The translations under genes and the position numbers were made by a program. A DNA stretch of 41,948 bases. Origin: an uncultured Solibacteraceae bacterium (lineage in GTDB: Bacteria > Acidobacteriota > Vicinamibacteria > Vicinamibacterales > SCN-69-37). A model generated the notes under the pieces. It searched no databases and had not been told where the DNA came from. It was given only the letters and a program-made list of their open reading frames with translations. The DNA is taken from positions 1-41,948 of the forward strand of contig CAZJTG010000004.1 in assembly GCA_964548865.1 (NCBI GenBank). The letters are read 5' to 3'. Shown here one piece after another: positions 9,301 to 21,300 of this stretch (positions are counted from its first letter, which is position 1; each line of letters starts with the position of its first letter).

Positions 9301-12300
9301 CCGGCACGGGCGTCGGCGCGGTCTTCCGCTACGACATCTCGCTGCCGACGGCGACGATGACGGTCCCCGTGCAGGGGGTCATCATCAACAGCCTGCCGAC
9401 GATCTCGGGCACCGCGCGCGATCCGAATCCCAAGCTCGGCGACTCCAACAGCTCGCCGTCGGGCGTGCAGACCGTCGAGATCCAAGTCCAGCGGCAGTCC
9501 AACGGCTTCTACTTCAACGGCACCAACTTCGGCGCCGCCGCTCCGACCTGGCTGGCGGCGACGGGCTTCTACGAGTCCTCGCCCGGCGTCGCGACCTTCA
9601 CGTACACGAACGCCAACCTGGACGCGGCCCTGATCAGCGGCGTGTACACCGTCGCGGTGCGCGCGCGCGACGTGGCCGGCAACACGCAGAACGTCTTCAC
9701 CGCGGCCGCTTCCTCGTTCACGATCCTGATCGACAAGGACGCTCCGTCCGCGGGCGTCTCGCAGCCGAGCCTGACGGCCTACACGGCGGCCGGCGCGGCC
9801 GCGGTCGGCGTGCAGGGCACGGCCTCGGATCCGCTCGTCGGCGGCACGTCCGCCGGCCTGCTGATCTCGGGCGTCGACGTCCAGCTGTGGTACCTGATCG
9901 ATCCCACCAGCTACTACTGGAACGGCTCCACGTTCACGGCGTCGGTGGCCTCGGTCCAGGCCAACGGGACGTCCTGGAGCCTGCCGCTGGTGCCCACCGC
10001 GGCGCAGTACGGCTGGGCGGGGGACAAGGTCTACTACACGCGCGCCCGCGTCCACGACGCCTCGGTTCTGGCGGACGGCACCGTCTCGGCGTCGACGGGC
10101 AACCTGTCGGCCTTCACGCCGATCACCTCGTTCATCGTCGACGGCACGCCGCCGGTCTCCACGATGACGAGCGTGACGGACGGAGGCTACTACAACGCCC
10201 TCAGCTCCCTGTCCGGCACGCATGACGGCTCGCTCGCGGGCACCGACAAGGTCGAGATCCGCATCACCACGAACCCGGCGACGGGGCCCGACTGGACCGG
10301 TTCCTCCTATACGTTCACGACGCCGTATTGGACCACGGCGACCTTGGCGGGGAGCAACTGGACCTACTCCGATCTGACCGGCGCGTTCGCGGACAACGAG
10401 CGCTATTACCTCTTCGTGCGCGCCACCGACCTGGTCGGCCAGCAGCAGACGCCGGTGCCGGTCTACGGCATCAACTACGACGTGACCCCGCCGGCTCTCT
10501 CGATCGCGTTCCCGAGCAGTCCGCCCGCGAATCCGCCGTACTCGAACAACGCCGAGTCGGCGCGCGTGAGCACCTACACCTACGGCTCGATCTCGGACTC
10601 GGGCTCCGGCGCCTCCGGGGTCGCGCAGGTCTGGCTCGGCATCTCCTCCGGCGCCGCGCAGAACGTCTGGTGGAACGAAGCCGCGCGCGATTTCACGACC
10701 AGCCAGACCACCGTGGCCTGGTCGACCCAGGTCTACTCGGGCGGGACGGGCTGGCAGTACTCGGTGCCCGAGCTGCAGGCCCGCCTCAACGCGGGCGGAG
10801 ACGGCGTCAACTTCTCGGTGTTCGTGTACGCGCGCGACGTCGCGGGCAACACCGTGAACTTCTCCGTCGGCATGCTGCCCGGCGCCTCGGCGGCGGGCCA
10901 GACCCAGCCGTTCAAGTACGACATCGCGCGGCCGACGTCGACGGTCTCGGTCCCGGTCAACGGCTCGGCCGTCAACGCCTTGACCGAGTTCTCCGGCGCC
11001 GGCGTCGACCCGGGCGCCAATCCGTCCGGCGTCCTGCGCAACTACATGGCCATCCGCCACACGGACGGCGGCACGGCCCAGATCGGCTGGTGGAACTGGG
11101 GCACGGGCGCCTTCGACTCCGCGATCGCGGACCCGCCGCCGGCTCCGCCGAGCCCGGCGTGGACCCAGGTGTCGAGCACGCCGGTGCAGGGCCTGGGCTC
11201 GCTCGCCTGGTCCACCGCCGTGCCCGCCGGCATGCTCGAGTCGAGCGCGACCTACCGCGTGGTGTCGGTGACGCTCGACCAGGCGACGAACATCCAGCAG
11301 AACCCGACCCCGGCCGGCTCCGGCGCGGCGTTCCGCTACGACACGCAGGCCCCGACCGCGACGATCACCGGCCCGGCCTACGGCGCCTATCTGAACGCCG
11401 CCGCGCTCGGCCAGATTCTCGGCACCGCGACGGACGAGACGCGCGGCGCCTCCGGCCTCCAGTCGGTGCAGATCCTGCTCAAGCTGCAGACGGCCGAGGC
11501 GTACTGGAACGGCGGGACGTCGGGCGTCTTCGCCACGGACTACGACACCAACGGCGGCACCAAGTACTCGCAGTGGCGCACGGTGACCGGCACCTTCAAC
11601 TGGAGCCAGGCCTTCCCGCCGATGGCGCCCGCCGAGTCGAAGGCCATGCGCCTGTGGGTGCGCGCGACCGACAACGCGGGCAACGTCAGCGCGTTTCCGT
11701 CCACCGCCCAGCTCGACGCCGACCAGAACGCCGACGGCACGCCGGCCCGCCCGTTCGTCTACGACAACACCCCGCCCGTCACCGCGGTCACGGCGCCGGC
11801 CGCCCTGCTCAGCTTCGCTCCGGCCACGGTCACCGGCACCGCCCAGGACGCCTTCCCGGCCAACGAGCCCTCCGGCGTCGTGGACGTGCGCCTGCGCCTG
11901 GCCCGTTCGACCGGCGAGTTCTGGGACCTGTTCTCCAGCACCTGGACGGCGAGCCCGGCGTTCTCCAACACCGGCCTGACCGGCCTCAACCCCTGGTCGT
12001 TCCCGTTCCCGGCCGGCACCTTCACCGACGGCTACCGCTTCGACGTCAACTCGCAGGGCGTCGACGCGGCGAACAACGCGGAGACGGCGATCTCCACCTA
12101 CTCGTTCGTGGTCGACCGGAGCACGCCGACGAGCGCGATCCTCTGGCCGAACACGGGGGCGTTCGTCTCCTCCGCGGCGGTGACCATCCGCGGCTCGGCC
12201 GAGGACCGCTTCTGCTCGCTCAATCCGGCCTTGTGCAACGCCTCGCGCCAATACGAGACCGGCATCGCCGGCGGCGGCGTCACCGTCGCGCTGGCCGAGG

Positions 12301-15300
12301 TCGTCGTCTCCACGACGTGGTGGGACGGCGCCAACTTCGCGTCCGGCTCGCCGGTGTTCCTGCCGGCGGCCTTCGTCGGCTCCTCGTCGGGCACCTGGAC
12401 GTTCGCCCTGCCGCCCGGTGCGCTGACCTCGACGAAGGTGTATCGCGCGGTCGTGCGCGCCCAGGACCGGGGCGGCAACCTCGACATCGTCACCTCGACC
12501 AACACCTTCGTCTACGACGCGGTCGCTCCGGTGGCCTACGCGACGGCGCCGACCGGCTTCAACGGCCAGGTCGACGTCATTTACGGAACGGCGCGCGACG
12601 ACATCCCGAACACGCCCGCCGTCGTGCGCCTGACCATCCGCGAGACCGCGCCCGCCAGCCAGTACTGGAACGGCGTCGCCTGGCAGGTCGGCCCCGTCGA
12701 GCTCTCCTCCGGCGTGATCGGCTCGCTGATCACCGGCACGACCTACGCGTGGAGCTATGACGCGACCTCGGTCGCCTGGATCAACGCGGCGACCTACACG
12801 GTGACCGCGCGCGGCGTGGACGGCGCGGGCAACGTCGAGGCGCCGCACGGCACGCACGACGTCGAGTTCTACCTCGAGGCGCCGACGCCGAGCCTCGTCC
12901 TGACCCAGCCGTCCGCGCCGGACCTCAAGCACTACGGCCCGAACTCGGCCGGCCAGGTCCTCACCCTGCTCGGCACGGGCCAGAACCTGCGCGCCGCCGC
13001 GGGCGCGCGCATCGCCCTGCAGCGCCTGACCGAGCCGACCAGCTACTGGCACGAGCCGACGCAGTCCTGGACGAACGACGCCGCGACGTTCACGCCGGTC
13101 AACGTGACGCCCGGCAACCCGCAGACCTGGACGCTGAGCCTGACGGCGCCCTACGCGGTCTTCGACGCGTCCTACAGCGTCACGGCGACCCCGGTCAACA
13201 ACGCGGGCCTGCTCGGCACCGCCGTCTCGCGCACCTTCGTCTTCGACCGCACGGTGCCGCTCAACGCCATCACGAACCCGGCCGCCGTCGCGTGCCAGGG
13301 GGCCAACGCCTGCTTGAGCTCCCTGCCGACGATCTCGGGCACGGCCTCCGACGCGACGAACACGACCCCGCCCTCGATCACCGCCGCGGGCGTGAAGGTG
13401 CGCCTGAAGAACGCGGTCACCGGCGAGTACTGGAACGGCTCGGCCTTCGCGCCCGGCATCTTCGACATGGCGATCGACCCGGCGAACTTCTCCGGCGGCG
13501 GGCCCTTCACGTGGAGCACGACGACCTTGGCCGGCGCGGCGCTCAAGGACGGCGAGGACTACATCATCCTGGCGCACGCGGCCGACAAGGCGGCCAACGA
13601 TCAGACGGTCGAGGCGTCGATGGCGAACTTCACCTTCATCTACGACACCTCGACGCCGACCGGCATGCTGAGCCAGCCCTCGTCGGGCCACGTCTACTTG
13701 AACCTGACCACGATCTCGGGCACCTCGGTCGACCCGGGCGGGGCCAACCCCAACAACAAGTTCTCCGGCGTCCAGCGCGTCGAGCTGCAGATCTTCAGCC
13801 CCGTCGACGGCGTGTGCTGGAGCGACGGGGCGGGCTCGTTCTCGGTGGCCTGCCCGAACTTCTTCGTGGCCACGGGCACCACGCCGTGGTCGTACACGCA
13901 CGCGTCGCTGACCGGCGGCCTGGTCTCCGGCCAGCCCTACACCTTGACCGCGCGGGCCATCGACTTCGCCGGCAACGTGCAGTCGCAGTTCAGCGTGCCG
14001 CTCTCGAGCCGCACGATGAGCGTCGACAAGTCCGCGCCGTCCACGACGATCACCAAGCCGCTGGCGGGCGTGGCCTACCGGTCGACGCAGCTGACCGGCG
14101 GCACCGCGCTCACCGGCACCGCCTCGGACCCCGAGGCGGCGCAGTATCAGCAGAACGACGCGCTGCAGAGCGTGCAGACCGTGATGTGGTACGTGCTCGG
14201 CGGCACGAGCTACTACTACACCGGCGTCGTGGACCTGTTCCCGAGCGGCAACGGCACCAAGTTCTCCTCGAACACGGTCGAGGCCGCGCAGTGGCTCAAC
14301 GTCACCTCGGGCACCGACACCTGGGCGTCCCTCTTCGCGGGCGCCGACTGGATCAGCGACCGCCAGTACTACGTCAAGGCGCGCGCGCGCGACCGCGCGC
14401 GCGACGTCACCGGCGCGATCGTCGGCAACCTGCAGAACGCCTTCGTCAACAACGTCAGCTACAACGCCTTCAAGGTCGACGACACGGCGCCCGTCTCCGT
14501 CGTCCAGAATCCGCCGGTCACCGGCTTCCTGCAGAACCTGAACTCGATCTCCGGCACGTCGAACTCGGACCTGTCGCTGGCGAACACCTACTACCTGCGC
14601 GTCTGGTACGTCGTCGGCGTCTCCAGCTTCTACTGGAACGGCAACGCGTGGGGCGCGGCCAACGTGCAGACCCAGCTGCCGGTCCAGGTCACGGGCTCGA
14701 CCGGCACGGTCGCGTGGACCTACCCCGGCTCCCTGCTGGGCTACGCGCCGCCCACGATCACCCAGGCCGACGGCACCGCCTACGGCATCGCGATCCAGGC
14801 GCTGGACAACGCGGGCAACCTGGAGACCCCGACGACGGCCCAGTACATTCTCGACCAGGTCGGTCCGAACGTCGTGATCTCGACCCCGATGGCGGCGTTC
14901 CCGAACTACGGCGCGGCGCGCCCGCTCGCGCAGCTGCGCGGCCTCTCCTCGGATTCCCCGGCCGGCGTCTTCCGCGTCGACCTCGAGATCCGCCAGGTCT
15001 CCGACACGCCGAACCTGTTCTGGGACGGCTTCACCTGGACGGCCGTCCCGAGCGTGGTGCCCGCGCTCTCGACCAACCCGTGGACGTACGCCGCGCCCGC
15101 CTGGATCGACAACAAGCAGTACCAGGTCCTCGCCAAGGCCGTCGACCTGGCCGGCAACGACTCCGGCTTCGGGGCGCCGGTCGTGTTCAAGTACGACGTC
15201 AACAAGCCCTCGACCACGATCCTGGTGCCGAACCAGCCCTCGTACCCGCTGTCCTGGGCCGGCACGCCTCTGTCGGGCACCGCGCTCGACTGGGTGACGA

Positions 15301-18300
15301 ACCCCTCCACGGAGGCCAAGTCCGGCCTGACCGCCGTCGAGATCGCGATCCGGCGCCTGTCGGACGGCTTCTACTGGCAGGGCGGCTCGTTCAACGCGCC
15401 GGTGGCCTTCCGCACGGTGTCGACCACCACGCTCGATCCCGCGTCGTGGACGTATCCGCCGTCGAACCCGGCCGGCGACTCCCTGCCGGGCTGGAACGAC
15501 AACGAGTCCTACACCGTGGACCTGCGCGCGACCGACAAGACCGGCAACGTCGAGGATCTCGTCAGCTATACCTTCACGTTCGACTCGTTCGCGCCGACCA
15601 CCACCATCACGACGCCGATCGACCAGACCTACGCGACCGCGTTCACGCTCTCCTCGGGCACCTACTCGTCGGTCCCCTCGCCCATCAGCCAGATCACGGT
15701 CGCGATCCGCAACAACCTCGACCAGTACTGGAACGGCGCGGCCTTCGCGGCCTACGGCGCGGGCTCGAGTTGGCGCCCGGCGCAGATCCACGTCTCGTCG
15801 TGGACCTTCACGGACGCCGCGCTCGCGACCTTCATCAACACGACGCAGAGCGACCCGCGCCCGTACGAGTTCTTCGTGCGCGGCGTGGACGCCGCCGGCA
15901 ACGACAACCGCGGGCTCGCGCAGCCCACGGCCGGCACCGGCCGCACGCTCAAGGTCGACTACTTCCGCCCCGTCTCCTTGATCACGTATCCCGCGGACAA
16001 CAGCGCCCTGCCCAACAGCATCACGCCGATCACCGGCACCGCGGAGGACAAGGTCACCGCGCTCGCCGTCGTCGGCGTCGGCCTCAACCTCGTGAACCTG
16101 AAGGTCATCCGCATCGGCCCCGGGCTCACGGAGAACTACTGGGACGGCGGCGCGTGGAACCCCGCGGACCAGGGCTTCAACATCCCGACCACCCTCGGCG
16201 GCGCGGTGCAGACCGTGCAGACCTTCCAGAGCCAGGGCGGCGCGATCGGCGAGAACAGCTTCCTGGACAGCTACCGCTACCGCGTGATCTCCCGCGCCGA
16301 GGACCTGTTCGGCTTCGTCGAGACCGTGCTCTCGACGACGAACTTCGTCGTCGACCGCGCGACGCCGACCGCGACCTTGCTGCGCCCGGCGCACGGCTCC
16401 TACATCAGCACGAACACGCTGACCTTGTCCTCCGGCACCTTCTCCGAGCCGACGGGCGCCGGCGGCTACACCTCCGGCCTGCAGCAGGTGCGCCTGCAGA
16501 TCGAGGACATCTCGGACTTGGCCGTGCCGGCGCACGCCATCCCGAGCGGCCAGCGCTACTGGAACGGCACGGCCTGGCAGGCGGGCGCGATCAGCACGAC
16601 CGCGGTGGTGTACACCAGCACCTGGGCGGTGTTCAACATCCCGACCGACTGGGTGCGCGGCGACGCCTCGCCCAACGGCCGCCAGTACGCGATCCGCGCG
16701 ATCGCCACCGACCTGGCCGGCAACGCGGGCGCCTTCCCGAACTACTTCGTCTCGCGCGCGACGTTCACGTTCGACGGCACGCCGCCCGATTCGACCGTGG
16801 TCTTCCCGGCCGGCCCCGACGACGCCGACGCGACGAACCTGAGCACGATCACCGGCACCGCCTCCGATCCGCTGGTCAACTCGTCCTCCGCCGACGTGCG
16901 CGCGGTCTACATCGCCGTGCAGAACGACGCGTCCAACCCCGGCGATCCGAACGCCGGCTTCTACTGGAACCCGGTCGCCGGCGTCTGGACCGCGGGCGTG
17001 TTCTGGAGCACGACGGCCTTCACCCCGGCGACGGGCGAGTGGCAGTTCAACTCGGCGCCGCTCGATTCGAACCTGAACCCCGGCTCCTACTACATCATCA
17101 ACTCGAGCGCGACCGACAACGCCGGCAACGTCCAGCCGCTGGCGACGGCCGGCCAGCCCGGCCGCCGCCGTCTGCGCTTCACGCCGCCGCCGGCCGACAC
17201 GACGATCGGCTCGCCGGCCAGCCTGCAGTACTACAACCAGCTCGTCGGCTTCGGCGGCACGGCCAACGCGCCCACGACGACCATCGAGCTCCAGCTCAAG
17301 CGCGCGGACACCGGCCAGTGCTGGGGCGGCGGCGCGACGGGCTTCGGCTGGGTGTCCTGCCTGGTCGACAACGGCACCAACACGCGCGTCGTCTATCCCG
17401 CGGCCGGCAACTGGACCTACCCGCCCGGCGGCGAATCGCTGCCGGACTGGTCCCTGGTCAACAACACCACGTTCACGCTGCGCTCGGTCGGCGTCAACTA
17501 CGCGGGCGTGCGCGAGTCGCCCGTCGAGCTCGCCCAGTTCTACGTCGACCGGTCCTCGCCGATCTCGTCCGTCTCCTTCCCGGCCAACGGCGCGTTCCTG
17601 GCCAGCACGCCGACGCTCGCCGGCGCGGTGAACGACCAGTTCGTCGGCCCGACGGGCAGCGGCTCCGGCATCAAGAACGTCAAGATCGAGCTGCGCCGCC
17701 TGGACAACAACTTCTACTGGAACCAGCTCGTCTCCACGTGGACCGCGGCCGTGGCGCAGAGCACGGCGGCCTACAACCTGGGCACGAACTCGTGGACGTT
17801 CAGCTCGATCGTCTCGACCTTGACCTGGCAGGACGGCCTCAGCTACTCGCTGGCCGTGTTCTCCGAGGACAAGGCCGTCGGCTCGCCGACCGGCAACGTC
17901 GAGGTTCCGGCCGCGCCGATCAACTTCACGTTCGACTCGACTCAGCCCTCGGTGGCGATCTCGGTGCCCGGCGCCGCGCCCGCGCGCCAGGCGTTCGCCT
18001 TGCCCAACGCGGGCTTCTCCGGCACCGCCTCGGCCACGGCGCCCAACACCGTGCGCGAGGTGCAGGTCCGCGTGCAGGCGGTGGCGGGCTCGGTGTTCGC
18101 CAATCCCGCGGCTTCGCTCGCCTTCAACCAGGCCGACGGGAACCAGGCCTGGTTCAACGCGGTCAACGGCGGCGGCTGGGCGACGTGGTCGGTGTCGAGC
18201 GGCATCCCCTTCGTCAACGGCAGCACCTATCTGATCATCGCGCGCGCGCAGAACCAGTCGGGCACCTTCACGGTCCCGTACTCGACGCGCACGATCATCT

Positions 18301-21300
18301 ACGACTCCTCGGCGCCCGTTTCGGGCGTCTCGGTGCCGGCGAATCTCTCGATCATCAACGCCCTGCCGGTCATCACCGGCACGGCGGCCGACCAGCCGAC
18401 GGGTTTCCCCGGGACCGTGACCCAGATGAACGCGCGCCTCAAGCGCCTGAGCGACAACTTCTACTGGGACGGCTTCGGCGCCTGGAACGCGGGCGTGCAG
18501 ACGCTGGGCCCCGGCCAGGGCCTGAGCGTGTACCCGTCCACGTGGGACGTCGCCGCGATCAACATCCCCGGCGCGGGCGACCTGACCTCGGGCGTCTCCT
18601 ACTACCTGACCGTGTCGGCCTTCGACGACGCGGGCAATCTGGGCCCGAACCAGGAAGCCTGGGATTCGCCGCGCGGCTCCACGTTCACGTGGGACAACAC
18701 GGCGCCGTTGTCGGGCATCTCGAGCCCTCTCGACGGCGGCGCGCGCAGCTCGCTGGCCTCGATCGCGGGCGTCTCCTCGGACAACGTCCTGGTTTCGACG
18801 GTGGCGCTCTCCATCCGCGACGTGACCGCGGCGCAATGCTACAACCCCGCGGTGAACGGCTTCAACCTGGCCTGCCCGGCCTGGTTCCCGGCCCAGGGCA
18901 CGAACCCCTCCTGGTCGTTCGCCTTCCCGACCCAGCCGTGGGTCCACGCCATGCAGTACGTGATCCGCTCCTCGGCCACCGACGCGGCGACGAACGTCCA
19001 GACGGCCCTGTCCTCGGCCGCGTTCACCTTCGACGTCAACGCGGCGACCGCCGGCCTGACCGTGCCCGCCGGCGGGGCCCTCGGCCCGAACCTGGGCAGC
19101 ATCGCGGGCACGGCGACCGACGCGCCGGCCGGCGTCTCCAGCCTGCGCCTGGCGATCTCCTCGGGCGCGGCGCTCGGCAACTGGTACGACGGCGCGACGT
19201 TCACGGGCGGCGCGCCGACCTTTTTCACGACCAGCGCCTACACGCTCGGCGCGCCCGACACGTGGGCGTGGGCGTACCCCGTCCTCGACGACGGCCAGCT
19301 CTACACCTTGCGCGCGCGCACGGTCGACCTCGCCTCGAACCAGCGCGACCAGGACTTCAGCTTCCGCTTCGACCGCTCGAGCCCGACCGCGTCGATCGCG
19401 GTGCCGGTGAACGGCGGCTTCCGCACCGGCGCGTTCACGATCTCCGGCGCCTCCTCCGATCCCGACCCCGACGGCGCCGGGCCCAAGGCCGGCACGCTCG
19501 TCTCCACGGTCGCCGTCTCGATCGAGCGCCTCGGCAGCGGCTTGTGCTACGGCCTGGGCGGCCTCTTCAACGTCCCCTGCCCGAACTACATCGCGGCGGG
19601 CGGCGCGCCGGGCGCCTGGACGTTCACGGCCGCGCCTCCGTACGTCACGGGCGAGACCTACGTCGTCAGCGCGCGCGCGACGGACAACGCCGGCAACATC
19701 CAAGACGTCTTCGGCGCGGGCACGAGCTCGAACACCTTCACGTACAACACGGCGGTCCCGACGGTCCTGGTGACCTACCCGCAGTCGGCGCGCCACCGCG
19801 ACCTGACGACGCTTTACGGCACGGCGAGCGACGCGATCCCCGCCGCGCTCTCTCAGGTCCAGGTGCGCGTGCTGCGCTTGTCGGCGCCGGCGCGCTACGC
19901 CGATCCGGCCGATCTCGGCACGCCTCACGCCTTCTCGATCCTGACCGCGAACCAGGAGACCGCCTGGTTCACGGCGGCCTCGACCGCGGCGGTGAAGTGG
20001 ACGGAGTGGTATCTCTCCAGCGGCCTGCCCTTCGTGACCAGCGAGCAGTACCGCGTCGAGGCCCGCTCGCTCAACCAGGCGGGCACGCACTCGACGGCCT
20101 ACTCCTCGCATACTTTGATCTACGACGTCAATCCGCCGGTCACGACGGTCGCGCTGCCCGTCTTCACCTCGACGGTCTCGGCCCTGCCGCAGTTGAGCGG
20201 CGCCTCGTCCGACGCCGGAGCGGTGTCCGAGATCCGCCTGCGCCTGGTGCGGCTGTCCGACAACAACTACTGGACCGGCTCGGGCTGGACTGGAGTGGTT
20301 TCGCAGCTGACCACGTCCGAGGGAATCCAGATCTACACGTCCACCTCGAGCTGGGAGCTGGTGTCCAACCTGCCGACGCCCGCCCAGCTGACCAACGGGG
20401 TCTCGTACTACATCACGACCTCGGGCATCGACGACGCCGTGCCGGGCGGCAACGCGGAGAACTTCAACGAGGCGCCGCGCGCCTCGACGTTCACGGTCGA
20501 CACCGTCGGCCCGGTGACCGCGTTCACCGCTCCCGCGAACTACTCCGTGATCTCGTCGCTGTCCAAGTTCATCGGCACGGCCTCGGACGCCCTGGCCGGA
20601 GTCGCCGCGGCCGGACAGGTCGAGGTCGCCATCGCCGAGAACGGCCCCAACAACGGCTGCTGGAACGGCACGATCGCCGGCGGCACCTTCACGCTCACGG
20701 GCTGCCCGATCTACTACCCGATCACCGGCGCGGACCGGGGCGGCACCTACTCGAGCGGCTCCACGTTCTGGGACATGAACGTCCCGCCGCTGACCAGCCA
20801 GTTCGGCTACAAGGTCTGGGTGCGCGCGCGCGACAACGCGACGCCCACGGGCAACTACACGGCTGCGGCGTCGATTTCGTCGATCACGTTCACCTACAAC
20901 ACGAACCTGCCGAGCGCGGCCATCCTCGTCCCGCCGTCCTTGCCCGCGGCGGGGGGCAACCTGAACGCCGCCTTCGGCGTGTCGGGCACCGCGTCGGACA
21001 ATTTCGGCGTGATCGGGACCTCGGTCGCCTTCCAGGAGGCCGACACGAACATGTACTGGAACGGCGTGTCGACCTTCGGCTCCGTGACTCCCGTTTGGCA
21101 GAACGCGGCCCTCGCGGGCACGGCGCCGAGCTACACGTTCTCCGCCGCGGCTCCGACGCCGGCCGCGTCGAACGGCCGCAACTACAACCTCTACGTCAAG
21201 GCGATCAACAACGCCGGCCTCGAGCAGGTCGCCCCGGCGGTCACGGTCAAGTGGGACACCAACCGCCCCGTGGCCTCGGTCACGACCCCGGCCAACAACA